Of a stretch of DNA of 58,857 nt, positions 17,613 through 26,605 are shown one piece after another. The notes below the pieces were generated by a model that was not told the DNA's origin, did not search any database, and was given only the letters and a program-made list of their open reading frames with translations. Positions within the stretch are counted from its first letter, which is position 1, and every line of letters begins with the position of its first letter. A program made the position numbers and the translations under genes. This DNA comes from a virus (Duplodnaviria; Caudoviricetes), in IMG/VR virus record IMGVR_UViG_3300033067_001904, positions 1 to 58,857 of that record. The stretch is one strand, 5' to 3'.

Positions 17613-17815
17613 AAGTGATCAAGGATGAAGTGGCGACGCTCAAGCGCCATCGCAGGGTGACGGTCGAACTGCTCCCCCATGAGGAACTGATCGCGATCGA
17701 TGACCGCCTGCACTACCAACTCGGCGATCCAATCGATGATGTAGTTCCCGGTCACATCGTGTCGAATGCGGTGCCCGTCATGTGGTGCCCGGTTGAACAG
17801 AGGTGGGTCGCATGA
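17609..17815 (+). CDS. Hypothetical protein
   Basis: MKVIKDE; ATGA overlaps. Confidence 0.7.
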   Translation: MKVIKDEVATLKRHRRVTVELLPHEELIAIDDRLHYQLGDPIDDVVPGHIVSNAVPVMWCPVEQRWVA

Positions 17816-18198
17816 GCTTTCGAGTCCCCAACAAGTACCGGGTTCGCGAAGGCCGCATGGCGAGCGACGAATCCTTCGGCAACAACGGAGCCTTCGTGGT
17901 GCCCCTGAAGTACGGCCAACAAGTGTTCGTGATTGCGAGCGACGCCTTCGGGTGGGAGCACGTGAGCGTGAGCCGCAAGGATCGCTGCCCCCTGTGGGAT
18001 GAGATGTGCCAGATCAAAGACATGTTCTGGGATGCCGAGGATTGTGTGGTGCAGTTCCACCCGCCTGCCAGCGAGTACGTGAACAACCACCCACGGTGCC
18101 TGCACCTGTGGCGGCAGATCGGCACCGAGTTCGCGCTGCCCGATAGCCTTCTGGTGGGCATCAAGGGCGCGATCGCAGGCATGAGGGAGGCAGCATGA
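17812..18198 (+). CDS. Conserved phage protein (WEHVSVS...PxWxEMC type)
   Basis: GWEHVSVS..RCPLWDEMCQIKDMFW, YVNNHPRCLHLW. Confidence 0.8.
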   Translation: MSFRVPNKYRVREGRMASDESFGNNGAFVVPLKYGQQVFVIASDAFGWEHVSVSRKDRCPLWDEMCQIKDMFWDAEDCVVQFHPPASEYVNNHPRCLHLWRQIGTEFALPDSLLVGIKGAIAGMREAA

Positions 18199-18374
18199 GC
18201 AAGTGGCCCGACGGCACTCGCAAGAGCACCGACAACGCCTTCAACTGGCGTGATCGCGGCCCGAGCATGTTCGCCAAGCCAACGCAAAGCGACAAGGTTT
18301 CGCAAGGCATGGCTCAGGCCGTGGCGCAAGGCAAGACGATCGGCAAGGCCATCACCATTCGAAAGAAGAAGTGA
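18195..18374 (+). CDS. Small basic hypothetical protein
   Basis: Read by hand: MSKWPDGTRKSTDNAFNW...; GGAGG RBS. Confidence 0.65.
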   Translation: MSKWPDGTRKSTDNAFNWRDRGPSMFAKPTQSDKVSQGMAQAVAQGKTIGKAITIRKKK

Positions 18375-18730
18375 AGCAGTACCCGACACCGGTCTTCAAT
18401 GACGATATCGAGCGAGCCGAGCAAGAGGCCAAGCGACGCGCTGAAGAGCGCGAGCGCAAGCGCCAGCAAGTGCGTGCCGACTTCCCAACGGTGACCGCCG
18501 AAGCCGACTACTGGAACTCTCTCTTTCCCGGCACGAAGATCGTGTGGGCCATCGAGGGAGACAAGGAAATCGGCCCGGTGCCGCCCGCAGAGCGCGAGGC
18601 CTTCAAGGCCCGCCAACAACAAGCGCAGGAACCTGCGCCAGCGCCCGCCCCACGGGTGCAGCCATCGGCCTATGAGCGTGCTCAGGCCGAGATGAACAAA
18701 CTCAAACAAGCCAAGCGCACCAAGCGCTGA
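18371..18730 (+). CDS. Hypothetical protein
   Basis: GTGA overlap with the upstream gene. Confidence 0.7.
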   Translation: MKQYPTPVFNDDIERAEQEAKRRAEERERKRQQVRADFPTVTAEADYWNSLFPGTKIVWAIEGDKEIGPVPPAEREAFKARQQQAQEPAPAPAPRVQPSAYERAQAEMNKLKQAKRTKR

Positions 18731-18741
18731 AGGAGAAAAAC

Positions 18742-19092
18742 ATGTGGATTTGCCTTACTGATAGCTTTCTGTCGATCGTTCACAAGGACTGCGCCGAGGA
18801 CGAATTGCTCGTTCGCGCACGCCGCCGTGGCGATATCGAGCGAGTGTTCCCTCACGCCAAGGTCGTGGTGAACCGCAACACCGACTACATGTTCCGCGCT
18901 CGAGTGAAGCGCACCGATGTGGCCGACGCCTTGATGATCCAAGCCGCGACGATCGACTACCCCAACTTCAAGAACGAGGTGGAGGACGACGGCCTGCACA
19001 ACGCTTACGCTTCGGTCTGGGGCATCATGTACCGACTTCAGAACGTGATCACCGGCAATCGCCGATCGCCCGCGATGCGCGATCTCTACTGA
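18742..19092 (+). CDS. Conserved hypothetical protein
   Basis: AAGGAG RBS; MWIC...FLSIV...LLVRAR...DY.FR...IDYPNFK. Confidence 0.8.
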   Translation: MWICLTDSFLSIVHKDCAEDELLVRARRRGDIERVFPHAKVVVNRNTDYMFRARVKRTDVADALMIQAATIDYPNFKNEVEDDGLHNAYASVWGIMYRLQNVITGNRRSPAMRDLY

Positions 19093-19121
19093 AGCACCCG
19101 CCCGCCACGGCGGGCACCAAG

Positions 19122-19156
19122 AAAGCAGGCTCTCCCCATGAGCCTGCTTTTTTTTC
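19122..19156. terminator. Terminator (probably bidirectional) between cassette 2 and the helicase
   Basis: AAAGCAGGCTC-loop-GAGCCTGCTTT followed by a T run. Confidence 0.85.
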
Positions 19157-19159
19157 GCC

Positions 19160-20623
19160 TCAGTCTTTCCCGGCCACCAGCGGCTCGAAGCGTCGAGCTT
19201 CAAAGTGGAAGCGAGCAAGGAACTCGCCGGGGACGCCGATCTCATCGTGGTAGCGGCTCTTCGCCACCTTGATCAGCGTGAGGTTGTCGCTCTCACGGTG
19301 AACCACCACCCCGAGATCGGCCTTGTTGTACCAGTGAGCCGAATCGGAAATGTCGTACAAGGTGGGCACACGGTAGTTGCCCTTCTCATCCTTCTGGGGC
19401 TTGGCCGGGTGAGCCACAACGATCAGGTGAATCATGAGCTTTCGAGCGAAGCGCTTGAGCGTCTTGATGGCGCGGCCCACGTATTCGGTGAGGCTCTCGC
19501 CTTGGCCCTTGTTGTGATCCATCTCGTTCCACGGGTCGATCACTACCACCTTGCAACCGTGCTGAATCACGGCGGCTTCCATGCGATCGAGCACCCAATC
19601 GAGGCTCACATCGTCGTCTTCGCTGGGCACCATGAACGTGAAGTGCTGGTCGATCCAGCGATCAGCCGCCTTCAGTTCATCGACGGTGCAATGCTGGACG
19701 GGCCTGCCGCACTTCCATGTCCGCAGGTTGCGCTTGTGATCGCGCTGGGGTGATTGCTCGAACGACGCGAAGGCCACGTTCAGGCCGTGGTACTCCACCA
19801 GTCGGCAGCACACATCGTTCACCAGCGAGGACTTGCCGTGCGAGGGAATGCCCGTCCACACGGCCATGTCGCCCAGCCGGGCCTTGTAGTGATCGCGAAA
19901 CACCGGCATCCCAATGTCGTAGATCGGGGCGTGCGCCACGGGAGGCAACTCGCTCATGCGGTAGATGCCATCGACCTTCATCCATGCGGCCCGCTCGAGC
20001 GTCTTCTTCACGCCCGCCTGCCCGTAATGGTGAAGCACCTCGTTCAAGTCCTTCAGGCGCTTTGAGCCATCGGGGTGCATGGGGTAGGTGAGGAACTTGC
20101 ACCGGTACTTGCCCAGCCGGATGCTCAGGTCGTGAAGCAGGTTAGCGCCCGCATCGTCGCCATCGACGGCGAGGATGATCTCGGGCACCCGGTCGACCGC
20201 GAAAAGGCCCTTGGCCCCGTCGAGGAAGCTGTACTTCACCGAGTTCTCATCCACGATGATCTCGGCGGGTGCCCCGTCCGGCACGCTCACGGTACGGGTG
20301 AAGCCGCACTGAATCGCGGTGAGGGCGTCGATCTCGCCCTCGGTGATGATCAGCGGCGTGCCGAAGAGGGATTCATCCCGAAGAATGTCCTCGTTCCACA
20401 CGCACTTGATGCCGCCCTTGTCCTGCCAGAACTTCTTCTCGGCCCCAAGGGTGCGGAACTTGCGATTGACCACCTTCCCTTCGCGAAAGAAGGGGATGAC
20501 CAGCGCGTCGTTACCAGAACCGTTTCGGAGGGCGTGCAGGCCCTTTTCCGAAGCCAGTTCCCTGTCGATTCCCCGCTCTTCCAGCTTTGAAGCCAGCGCT
20601 TCCGTGAGTTGTGTTGTTTCCAT
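19160..20623 (-). CDS. Twinkle/T7 gp4-like TOPRIM primase + DnaB-like helicase lacking the Zn domain
   Basis: ITEGEIDAL, SVPDGA, AVDGDDAG, KDLNE; Walker A TGIPSHGKS; VIDPWN; VAHP; GGAGGT RBS. Confidence 0.92.
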   Translation of the reverse strand: METTQLTEALASKLEERGIDRELASEKGLHALRNGSGNDALVIPFFREGKVVNRKFRTLGAEKKFWQDKGGIKCVWNEDILRDESLFGTPLIITEGEIDALTAIQCGFTRTVSVPDGAPAEIIVDENSVKYSFLDGAKGLFAVDRVPEIILAVDGDDAGANLLHDLSIRLGKYRCKFLTYPMHPDGSKRLKDLNEVLHHYGQAGVKKTLERAAWMKVDGIYRMSELPPVAHAPIYDIGMPVFRDHYKARLGDMAVWTGIPSHGKSSLVNDVCCRLVEYHGLNVAFASFEQSPQRDHKRNLRTWKCGRPVQHCTVDELKAADRWIDQHFTFMVPSEDDDVSLDWVLDRMEAAVIQHGCKVVVIDPWNEMDHNKGQGESLTEYVGRAIKTLKRFARKLMIHLIVVAHPAKPQKDEKGNYRVPTLYDISDSAHWYNKADLGVVVHRESDNLTLIKVAKSRYHDEIGVPGEFLARFHFEARRFEPLVAGKD

Positions 20624-20852
20624 TCCCAAAACCTCCATGCCAGCCGCAATGAAGGCAGTTCCAAACCCCTTCCCCAGCTTCCAAAATTCCCGATGTAATC
20701 CTTGTGGGGCCAACGGCCACCGAAAGGCACTTCTTTCGTCGGTTCAAGCCCTTGCGCGAATCGCTGCACTGAGGGCACAAGCCGTAGTGATTGCCCGGGG
20801 TGAGCGGCACATCGATGCCGAGTTCCCGAAAGCGCGTCGTGAGATCGGCCAT
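20511..20852 (-). CDS. Stand-alone primase zinc-binding domain
   Basis: CPQCS..RK...KCLSV...VWNCLHCGWHG. Confidence 0.8.
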   Translation of the reverse strand: MADLTTRFRELGIDVPLTPGNHYGLCPQCSDSRKGLNRRKKCLSVAVGPTRITSGILEAGEGVWNCLHCGWHGGFGNGNNTTHGSAGFKAGRAGNRQGTGFGKGPARPPKRFW

Positions 20853-21673
20853 CACCCACCCCCCGCTGCCATCGGCAGGTATGAGGGGTTGTTCTCGAGC
20901 ATGTAGCGCTCGGTCGCGGTGAGGGGCCGTCCGTTCCACATGCCCGAGGCAAGCGCCTGTTGCCGGGGGTCGGAGGGTGTGGTGGGCACATCGGCCCAGC
21001 GGCCTTGGTTGAGCCACGTGGTCGGGTGGGCGATGTACTGAGGGTCTTTCCCAACGCACGCCTTGGCGAAGGCCTGAGCGGCCTCGGCGAGCGCTTCGGT
21101 GGGGTGAGGGTGCTCCACCAGCTTCACGGCCCGCTCGAAGGCCTTGGCGGCGGCGAGCTTGCCCTCCTTCCGGGGGTAAGCTGCCCAGAACACCTCGAAG
21201 CCCTTCGGCAGCTTTGCACCGGGCTTCTTCGAACTCACCTTCGATCGTCCATCCGAAGGTGGGCGATCGGGCAAGTCTTTCTCTTCTGTATCTGTATCTG
21301 TATCTGTATCTGGGGCGTTACTTTGCCGTTGCTGTAACGTTACATCGGCGTTTCCGGTGTCCCTTTTCTTGGCGCGATGCCTTGCAACCCGCGCCGCGCT
21401 TGAGTCCGAGGCAAACTGCCGCTTGTCCCAATTCGCCAGATTCCAATGCTGGTCGATGAACCCGCGAGCGATGAAGAGGGCCTTCATTTCGGCCAACTGT
21501 TCATCGGTGATGCGGAGGTAGAACGCGATCTCTGTTTCTTGTAACGTTTCAAGAACGTTACTGCAACGAAGGCACATGAGCATGATGTAGCGGCGCTGCA
21601 TCGTCTCGGAGAGCATCTGTACCTTCGGGTCATGCGCGAACTCGGCGTAGAGCCGGAACCAAGGGTTTGCCAT
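20852..21673 (-). CDS. Replication initiator (O/DnaD-like)
   Basis: WFRLYAEF..DPKV, NWDKRQF.SD.S..RV..HR, FE.FW.AYPRK.GK, HPTTWLNQ.RW.D. Confidence 0.85.
   Translation of the reverse strand: MANPWFRLYAEFAHDPKVQMLSETMQRRYIMLMCLRCSNVLETLQETEIAFYLRITDEQLAEMKALFIARGFIDQHWNLANWDKRQFASDSSAARVARHRAKKRDTGNADVTLQQRQSNAPDTDTDTDTEEKDLPDRPPSDGRSKVSSKKPGAKLPKGFEVFWAAYPRKEGKLAAAKAFERAVKLVEHPHPTEALAEAAQAFAKACVGKDPQYIAHPTTWLNQGRWADVPTTPSDPRQQALASGMWNGRPLTATERYMLENNPSYLPMAAGGG
21287..21311 (+). repeat. (TGTATC)n hexamer tandem encoding DTDTDTDT
   Basis: About four tandem copies seen directly. Confidence 0.9.
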
Positions 21674-21753
21674 CAAGCGGCCCCCCTTGGCGGCTTGTGC
21701 CGCGAAAGCATGGAATGAGAACTGGCTCGATAAGCCAGTGGATGTGATTGCAT
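21673..21753 (-). CDS. Putative 26-aa leader peptide coupled to the replication initiator
   Basis: GGGAGGTT RBS; MQSHPLAYRASSHSMLSRHKPPRGAA; TGATG overlap with the initiator start. Confidence 0.5.
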   Translation of the reverse strand: MQSHPLAYRASSHSMLSRHKPPRGAA

Positions 21754-21780
21754 AGCAACCTCCCAAGCCTCCACAAGGGG

Positions 21781-21844
21781 TTCACCGGGCAGGCGGGAGG
21801 TTCGCTCTTCGGCGGGGGGATCAATCCCCGCCTAGCCCGGTGAA
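21781..21844 (-). promoter_or_regulatory. Structured RNA leader upstream of the replication operon
   Basis: 17-bp inverted repeat TTCACCGGGC(T)AGGCGGG with one bulge; contains AACCTCCC, complementary to the downstream RBS. Confidence 0.6.
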
Positions 21845-22027
21845 ACTGTTCGCTTGCTGCATGGGACGCAACAAGCGCTTACTCTTTCTGGGGATGCTCA
21901 CGTATCATGGCCGCGATACTTTCCAGTATCGCCAGCGGCGTGATCGGTGTCATGCCCGAGGTGCGGACTGTATCACCGGAATGAGAATGGCGACCACTTT
22001 CATGGGCAGAAAGTGGGGTGATCTGCG

Positions 22028-22375
22028 TCAGAACACCTCTTTCAATGAGATGCCGTGCAAGGCCAGCATCAACTTCTTCTTGAGCCGATACACATCGGTG
22101 ATGGTGGGTTTGCTCTTCACATCCTCCACCACGACCTCACCGGAAGCGACAAGCCGGTACCTGAAGTCGGCGACGTAGGTCGCCAATTTCACACCGTTCA
22201 GCGTGAGCGGGTAGCGGGGCTGGCACTCCAACTCCACGATCTCGCCGATGCGCTGAAGCAGCTTCAATTCAGCGTATCTCGATGCTTCTCGCTTGCTGGC
22301 GAAGTTCATCCCGTCGAGCGAGACCCGTTTGTTTCCAAACTTTGACTTCGAGGTGGCGGCGGCGTGAAACATCAT
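22028..22375 (-). CDS. DUF1064-family PD-(D/E)XK nuclease-like protein
   Basis: KFGNKRV..DG..FASKREA.RY.EL, YVADF.Y, VVEDVK, YRLKKKL. Confidence 0.85.
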   Translation of the reverse strand: MMFHAAATSKSKFGNKRVSLDGMNFASKREASRYAELKLLQRIGEIVELECQPRYPLTLNGVKLATYVADFRYRLVASGEVVVEDVKSKPTITDVYRLKKKLMLALHGISLKEVF

Positions 22376-22457
22376 TAGCGTGCAACCGAGATGTGAGTGT
22401 TTTGTGGTGGCGGAGCGTCGGAGAAATAACCACTGTATTGTCACAGGGAATGAGAGC

Positions 22458-23075
22458 ATGGCAACTTCCAAGGACACGGCCAAGGTTGCGGCCTTCAAGC
22501 ACTTCATGGAGGTGCGTGGGCTGAAACCGCATCCGTGGGCGCAGGCCGCAGGCCTTCGCAGTAGCACGATCTACAACTTCCTCTCGGGGAAATCTCTGAG
22601 CCTCTCGAGCGACACGCTCGAGCGCCTCGCCAAAGCGGCAGGGGCTTCGGTGGACGAGATTCTCTCGGGGGAGAAGACCAACCACAGAAACGATGCCCCT
22701 GTCCTTGTTCCGTACACGGTGGGGGTGTACGGGAGGCTTTTTTCGATGGATCGGCCCATGCAAGTGCAGCGCCCTGCGGGGGTGCCTGCGGAAGTGGAAG
22801 TCGTTGCCGCTCGCATCGATGGTGATGGCCTGCATCCGGTACCGGATGGGTGGCTGGTGTACTTCGAAGCCGAGCCTCGAGACCCCGAGGCGCTGATCGG
22901 CAAGTTGTGCGTGGTGCAGGTGGCCGGGGGCCAGCGCCTGATTCGGGAGATTCGCAGGGGCCAGAACCCGGGCCTCTACACGCTGCTTTCGTGGACGGCC
23001 AGCCCAATGGAGCAGGCCCAAGTGCAAGCCGCGCACCTGATCATCTCGATCGCACAGATCACGATTCCAGCTTGA
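22458..23075 (+). CDS. CI-like repressor (XRE HTH plus S24-like C-terminal domain)
   Basis: WAQAAGLRSSTIYNFLSG..SLS..TLERLA; C-terminal beta domain with GDGLHP and LIGKLCVV. Confidence 0.8.
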   Translation: MATSKDTAKVAAFKHFMEVRGLKPHPWAQAAGLRSSTIYNFLSGKSLSLSSDTLERLAKAAGASVDEILSGEKTNHRNDAPVLVPYTVGVYGRLFSMDRPMQVQRPAGVPAEVEVVAARIDGDGLHPVPDGWLVYFEAEPRDPEALIGKLCVVQVAGGQRLIREIRRGQNPGLYTLLSWTASPMEQAQVQAAHLIISIAQITIPA

Positions 23076-23125
23076 AACGGTGATAATTTAGACGGAGAAA
23101 GTATCACCGAAAGAACAAAAAGCGC

Positions 23126-23153
23126 TTGGAGGGTATCACCACGATGATATAGT
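23126..23153 (+). promoter_or_regulatory. Promoter/operator of the recombination operon
   Basis: TTGGAG...TATAGT with TATCAC-CACG-ATGATA at 23134-23149. Confidence 0.65.
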
Positions 23154-23188
23154 GGCTCCTGTCAATACTGACATGGAGAAAACGCATC

Positions 23189-24193
23189 GTGGCAAGCATC
23201 CCAATTCAAAACGAGGCCGAATGGCACTCAGTTCGTGAGCGATTCATCGGCGGCTCTGAAGTCGCCGCGCTCTTCTACCGTTGGCAACTGCCCGACGGTT
23301 CCGAAGTAATCCGGCACATGTACGACGCCCCGCCCGGGGCGATGGTGCTGGAATGCCTCAGCCCGTATTCCACGGGCATGGCTCTCTACAACGCCAAAGC
23401 TGGCATCGTCATGCCCGAGGATTTTTCCTCGGAGCGCATCGACGCTGGCACCTTCCTCGAGCCTGCGCTCGCCCAATGGGCCACGAAGAAGTGGGCCATG
23501 AAGCTGCGGAAGGTGCGCCGCTACACCGCACACGAAGAGATCGATGGGTGGGGCGCGAGCCTCGACTATGAGGTTCACGGCGACGGCGAGTCCGGCACGC
23601 CCGTGGAGTTCAAGAACGTTGACTGGTTGATCTTTCAGCGCGAGTGGGTGTCCGAGGGCGAGGAAATCATCACGCCCCCGATCCACATCAACATCCAACT
23701 GCAACACCAGATCGGCGCGGTCGAGGCCGACCACGGCTGGATCGTGGCGTGCGTGGGTGGCAACGAACTCAAGCGCGGTCGCATCGAGCGGCACGAACCC
23801 ACACAGGAAAAGATCGCCGAGGCGATCGAGGCCTTCTGGGTCAACGTGCGGGCCGGTATCCCCCCGGTAGCCGTGGCCGACTACAAAGCCGTGGCGAAGG
23901 CCTATGCCGAGGGCGACAAGGCCCTCGTTGCCGATCTCACCGGCATGGATGCCCTGCCGGTTCTGCTTTCTCGCTACCTGCGCTGGAAGAAGCACTTCGA
24001 GCGACTCGAAACCGCCTTCGAAACCATGAAGGGCCAGATCGCGCTCTCGATGGGGGAGGCCTCCAAGGCCAACGCCCCGGGCTACCGCATCTCATGGCCG
24101 GTGATCAATCGCAAGGAGCGGCAGGTGGAAGCCTACGTCGTCAAGGCACTCACCTATCGCGGCGCATTGACCATCACCCGGGAGAAAGCATGA
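23189..24193 (+). CDS. YqaJ-like viral recombination exonuclease
   Basis: W...R..FIGGSEVAA, G..LEP, ASLD, EFK, QLQHQ. Confidence 0.9.
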   Translation: MASIPIQNEAEWHSVRERFIGGSEVAALFYRWQLPDGSEVIRHMYDAPPGAMVLECLSPYSTGMALYNAKAGIVMPEDFSSERIDAGTFLEPALAQWATKKWAMKLRKVRRYTAHEEIDGWGASLDYEVHGDGESGTPVEFKNVDWLIFQREWVSEGEEIITPPIHINIQLQHQIGAVEADHGWIVACVGGNELKRGRIERHEPTQEKIAEAIEAFWVNVRAGIPPVAVADYKAVAKAYAEGDKALVADLTGMDALPVLLSRYLRWKKHFERLETAFETMKGQIALSMGEASKANAPGYRISWPVINRKERQVEAYVVKALTYRGALTITREKA

Positions 24194-25041
24194 CCGAGAC
24201 AGCAACTCAAACCACCACCGCAGAAGCCACCACCGTTCAACCCGGATTCGCCGCGCAGGAAGCCACCATGTCGCCGCTCGCACCCGTCGCTGAAGCCCCG
24301 AAGAAAGCCGCCCTCACCACGGGTGGCTTCGCCAAGGCCATCGTGCCCCAGAACATCGAAGAAGCGTTTCGCCTCGCCAAGGTGATCGCGATGGCGAAGT
24401 GGGCACCGAAGTCCTACCTGATCGATGTGAAGCGTGCAGACCTCGGCTTCGACGAGAACAAGATTCTGCTCGGCATCATGCACGGCCTCGAGGTGGGCCT
24501 CACCCCGATCGCGGCTCTGCAATCGATCGCGGTGATCAACGGCACGCCTTCAATCTGGGGCGACGGCGCTCTCGCCATCGTGCAGGCCTCGGGGATGCTC
24601 GAGGATTTCAAGGAACTGCCGCTCTTCGATGAAAAGCAGCGGATCACGGGCTACCAGTGCGCGGCCAAGCGCAAGGGCGTGCCCACCCCGTTCATCTCGC
24701 AGTTCACGTTGGACGACGCCGCCAAAGCCGACTTGCTCGGCAAAAGCGGCCCGTGGCAGCAATACCGAACCCGAATGCTTCAGATGCGTGCCCGTGCGTG
24801 GACGCTGCGAGCCGGGTTCGCCGACGTTTTGCGCGGCCTCAGCATCGCCGAGGAAGCGCAAGACACCCCCGTGGAGGCAACACCGGCAGCGAAGGTGTCG
24901 CCGCTGAAGCGAGCGCCCAGCGCCCGCTCGGCTCTCGATGCGTTCGCCACCGATGCGCCTCCCGCAACCCCCGACGCGAAAGCCGAAGGAACCACCGCAG
25001 GAGAGACCACCGATGGCAACCAAGCCTCAGCCCAAGGGTGA
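24190..25041 (+). CDS. recT: RecT-like single-strand annealing protein
   Basis: GLEVGLTP..ALQSIAVING.PSIWGD, GPWQQY..RMLQMRAR...LR..FADVL.GL. Confidence 0.85.
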   Translation: MTETATQTTTAEATTVQPGFAAQEATMSPLAPVAEAPKKAALTTGGFAKAIVPQNIEEAFRLAKVIAMAKWAPKSYLIDVKRADLGFDENKILLGIMHGLEVGLTPIAALQSIAVINGTPSIWGDGALAIVQASGMLEDFKELPLFDEKQRITGYQCAAKRKGVPTPFISQFTLDDAAKADLLGKSGPWQQYRTRMLQMRARAWTLRAGFADVLRGLSIAEEAQDTPVEATPAAKVSPLKRAPSARSALDAFATDAPPATPDAKAEGTTAGETTDGNQASAQG

Positions 25042-25264
25042 AGTGGAGATGGCGCTCGGCGAACAGTTTCGCGCCGTGCGCCGCCGTCAAAAGGTGTGGC
25101 TGCGCGATCTGGCTGCAAAGCTGGAGTGCTCAGTCAACACCGTTCGATGGCATGAAGCCGGTGCGCGAATGATGCGTGCCGACATGATCGTCAAATCAGC
25201 CGAGTTCATGGGCGTATCCGCCGAAGAACTCATGCAAATCAGGAGTGAACCCAATGGGAACTAG
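25013..25264 (+). CDS. XRE-family HTH regulator
   Basis: LGEQFRAVR...LRDLAAKLECSVNTVRWHEAG. Confidence 0.8.
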   Translation: MATKPQPKGEVEMALGEQFRAVRRRQKVWLRDLAAKLECSVNTVRWHEAGARMMRADMIVKSAEFMGVSAEELMQIRSEPNGN

Positions 25265-25592
25265 GAAGACACACGATCTGGCCGTGAAAACGGGCAGCTA
25301 CACCGACAACAACGGCGACACCAAAGGCCGTTACGTGAACGTTGGAGCGATCTGGCAGAAGGACGACGGCTCGGAGTTCATGACCCTGCTTCGCACGTTC
25401 AACCCCGCAGGCGTGCCCAACCCGGATAACAAGGATTCGATCGTGCTGTCGCGCTTCGAAGTCCGCGCACGTGACGGCCAGCAAGGCGGTCAAGCCCCGC
25501 AGGCAGCGCCCCAGCGCCAGCCACGCCCACAAGCCGCACCGCAGGCCCCCGCAGGCGGCTTTGCGGACATGGACGACGACATCCCGTTCTGA
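25254..25592 (+). CDS. ssb: Single-stranded DNA-binding protein
   Basis: Q/P-rich linker and acidic tail DDDIPF. Confidence 0.85.
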   Translation: MGTRKTHDLAVKTGSYTDNNGDTKGRYVNVGAIWQKDDGSEFMTLLRTFNPAGVPNPDNKDSIVLSRFEVRARDGQQGGQAPQAAPQRQPRPQAAPQAPAGGFADMDDDIPF

Positions 25593-25600
25593 GGCCCGCC

Positions 25601-25942
25601 ATGCAACCCCAAGCCCCGAAGCCTACGTTCGGCTCGATCTGGAACAAGCTGGTTCGCCGGGATGATCCCGACACCAGCCACGAAGCCGCGCAAGCGGTGG
25701 ATTCCGCAAAGCTGGAAGCGCTCGTTTACGAAGCGATCCGCAGCTTCGGTGACATGGGTTGCATCAGCGACGAAGTTCGAGCGCTGTTCCCCCACCTCCC
25801 TTACTCGAGCGTCACCGCTCGGTACAAGGCCCTGATCGACAAGGGCTACATCGAAGCAACTGGCGATCGCCGGGAGGGGCAATCAGGCCGCTCTCAGCGC
25901 GTGCTTCGTGCAACCAAAGCCACCACCAAGGAGATGCAATGA
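25601..25942 (+). CDS. Winged-helix phage protein
   Basis: RRDDPDTSHEAA...SVTARYKAL..KG.I...G.RR...SGR.QRV. Confidence 0.75.
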   Translation: MQPQAPKPTFGSIWNKLVRRDDPDTSHEAAQAVDSAKLEALVYEAIRSFGDMGCISDEVRALFPHLPYSSVTARYKALIDKGYIEATGDRREGQSGRSQRVLRATKATTKEMQ

Positions 25943-26337
25943 CCGAAGAGAACACCCAAGCCCCGGCAGAAGCCGCCGTTGAAGCCGCCCCGCAGACCGT
26001 GAGCGATCAGATCACCGATGCGGTGACACAGGCCAGCGATGCGCCGCAATCCAGCGCCACCGAGGATGTGATCGTTCGCGTGGAAGAGGCCACGGCCCAA
26101 GCCGTTGCGAGCGTTCCCGAGGAACTCACGAACGTCGCACTCGCCGCCGCAGTGACCGGCCTCGAGATCGGCGTTGAAGCACTTACCGAAGCCCAAGCAA
26201 AGATCGACAAGCTGACCGCCGCCCTCGAGAACTGCCGCACCTATGCCGCTCGTCACGCACGGCGCGAAGAGTGGGCACGCACGATCGGTCGCTTCTGCGA
26301 AGAAGCAGGCGTCACAGGCTCACCCCTGCGAGGCTGA
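25939..26337 (+). CDS. Hypothetical acidic/Ala-rich protein
   Basis: AAGGAG RBS before MTEENT. Confidence 0.7.
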   Translation: MTEENTQAPAEAAVEAAPQTVSDQITDAVTQASDAPQSSATEDVIVRVEEATAQAVASVPEELTNVALAAAVTGLEIGVEALTEAQAKIDKLTAALENCRTYAARHARREEWARTIGRFCEEAGVTGSPLRG

Positions 26338-26338
26338 A

Positions 26339-26605
26339 GTGAGCGGCGAAGCGTCACGCACCGAGTTCGAAAGGCGCACGGGCGGCTTCATCGCTCCCGT
26401 GGCCGAAATGGTGTACGGCGGCAATGGGCAATGCGTTGCATCGTTCCCTCACGGTGGCCTCACCGTCCTCGATCAGTTCGCGCTCTCTGTGATGGGCGAC
26501 TTGATAAACGGCGTCGCCATCATTGATTGGGATCGCGTGGCCGAAGAGGCCTATCTCGGCGCTGCCGCGATGCTCGAGCGCAAGCGATTGATCGAAAGGA
26601 CGTAA
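26339..26605 (+). CDS. Hypothetical protein (GLT..D.FA type)
   Basis: FP..GLTVLDQFA...AEEAY..A.AML motif. Confidence 0.65.
   Translation: MSGEASRTEFERRTGGFIAPVAEMVYGGNGQCVASFPHGGLTVLDQFALSVMGDLINGVAIIDWDRVAEEAYLGAAAMLERKRLIERT

Noticed and set aside
21287-21311. Phase-variable microsatellite
   Set aside because: A 6-bp unit preserves frame, and DT repeats are common in the linkers of such initiators
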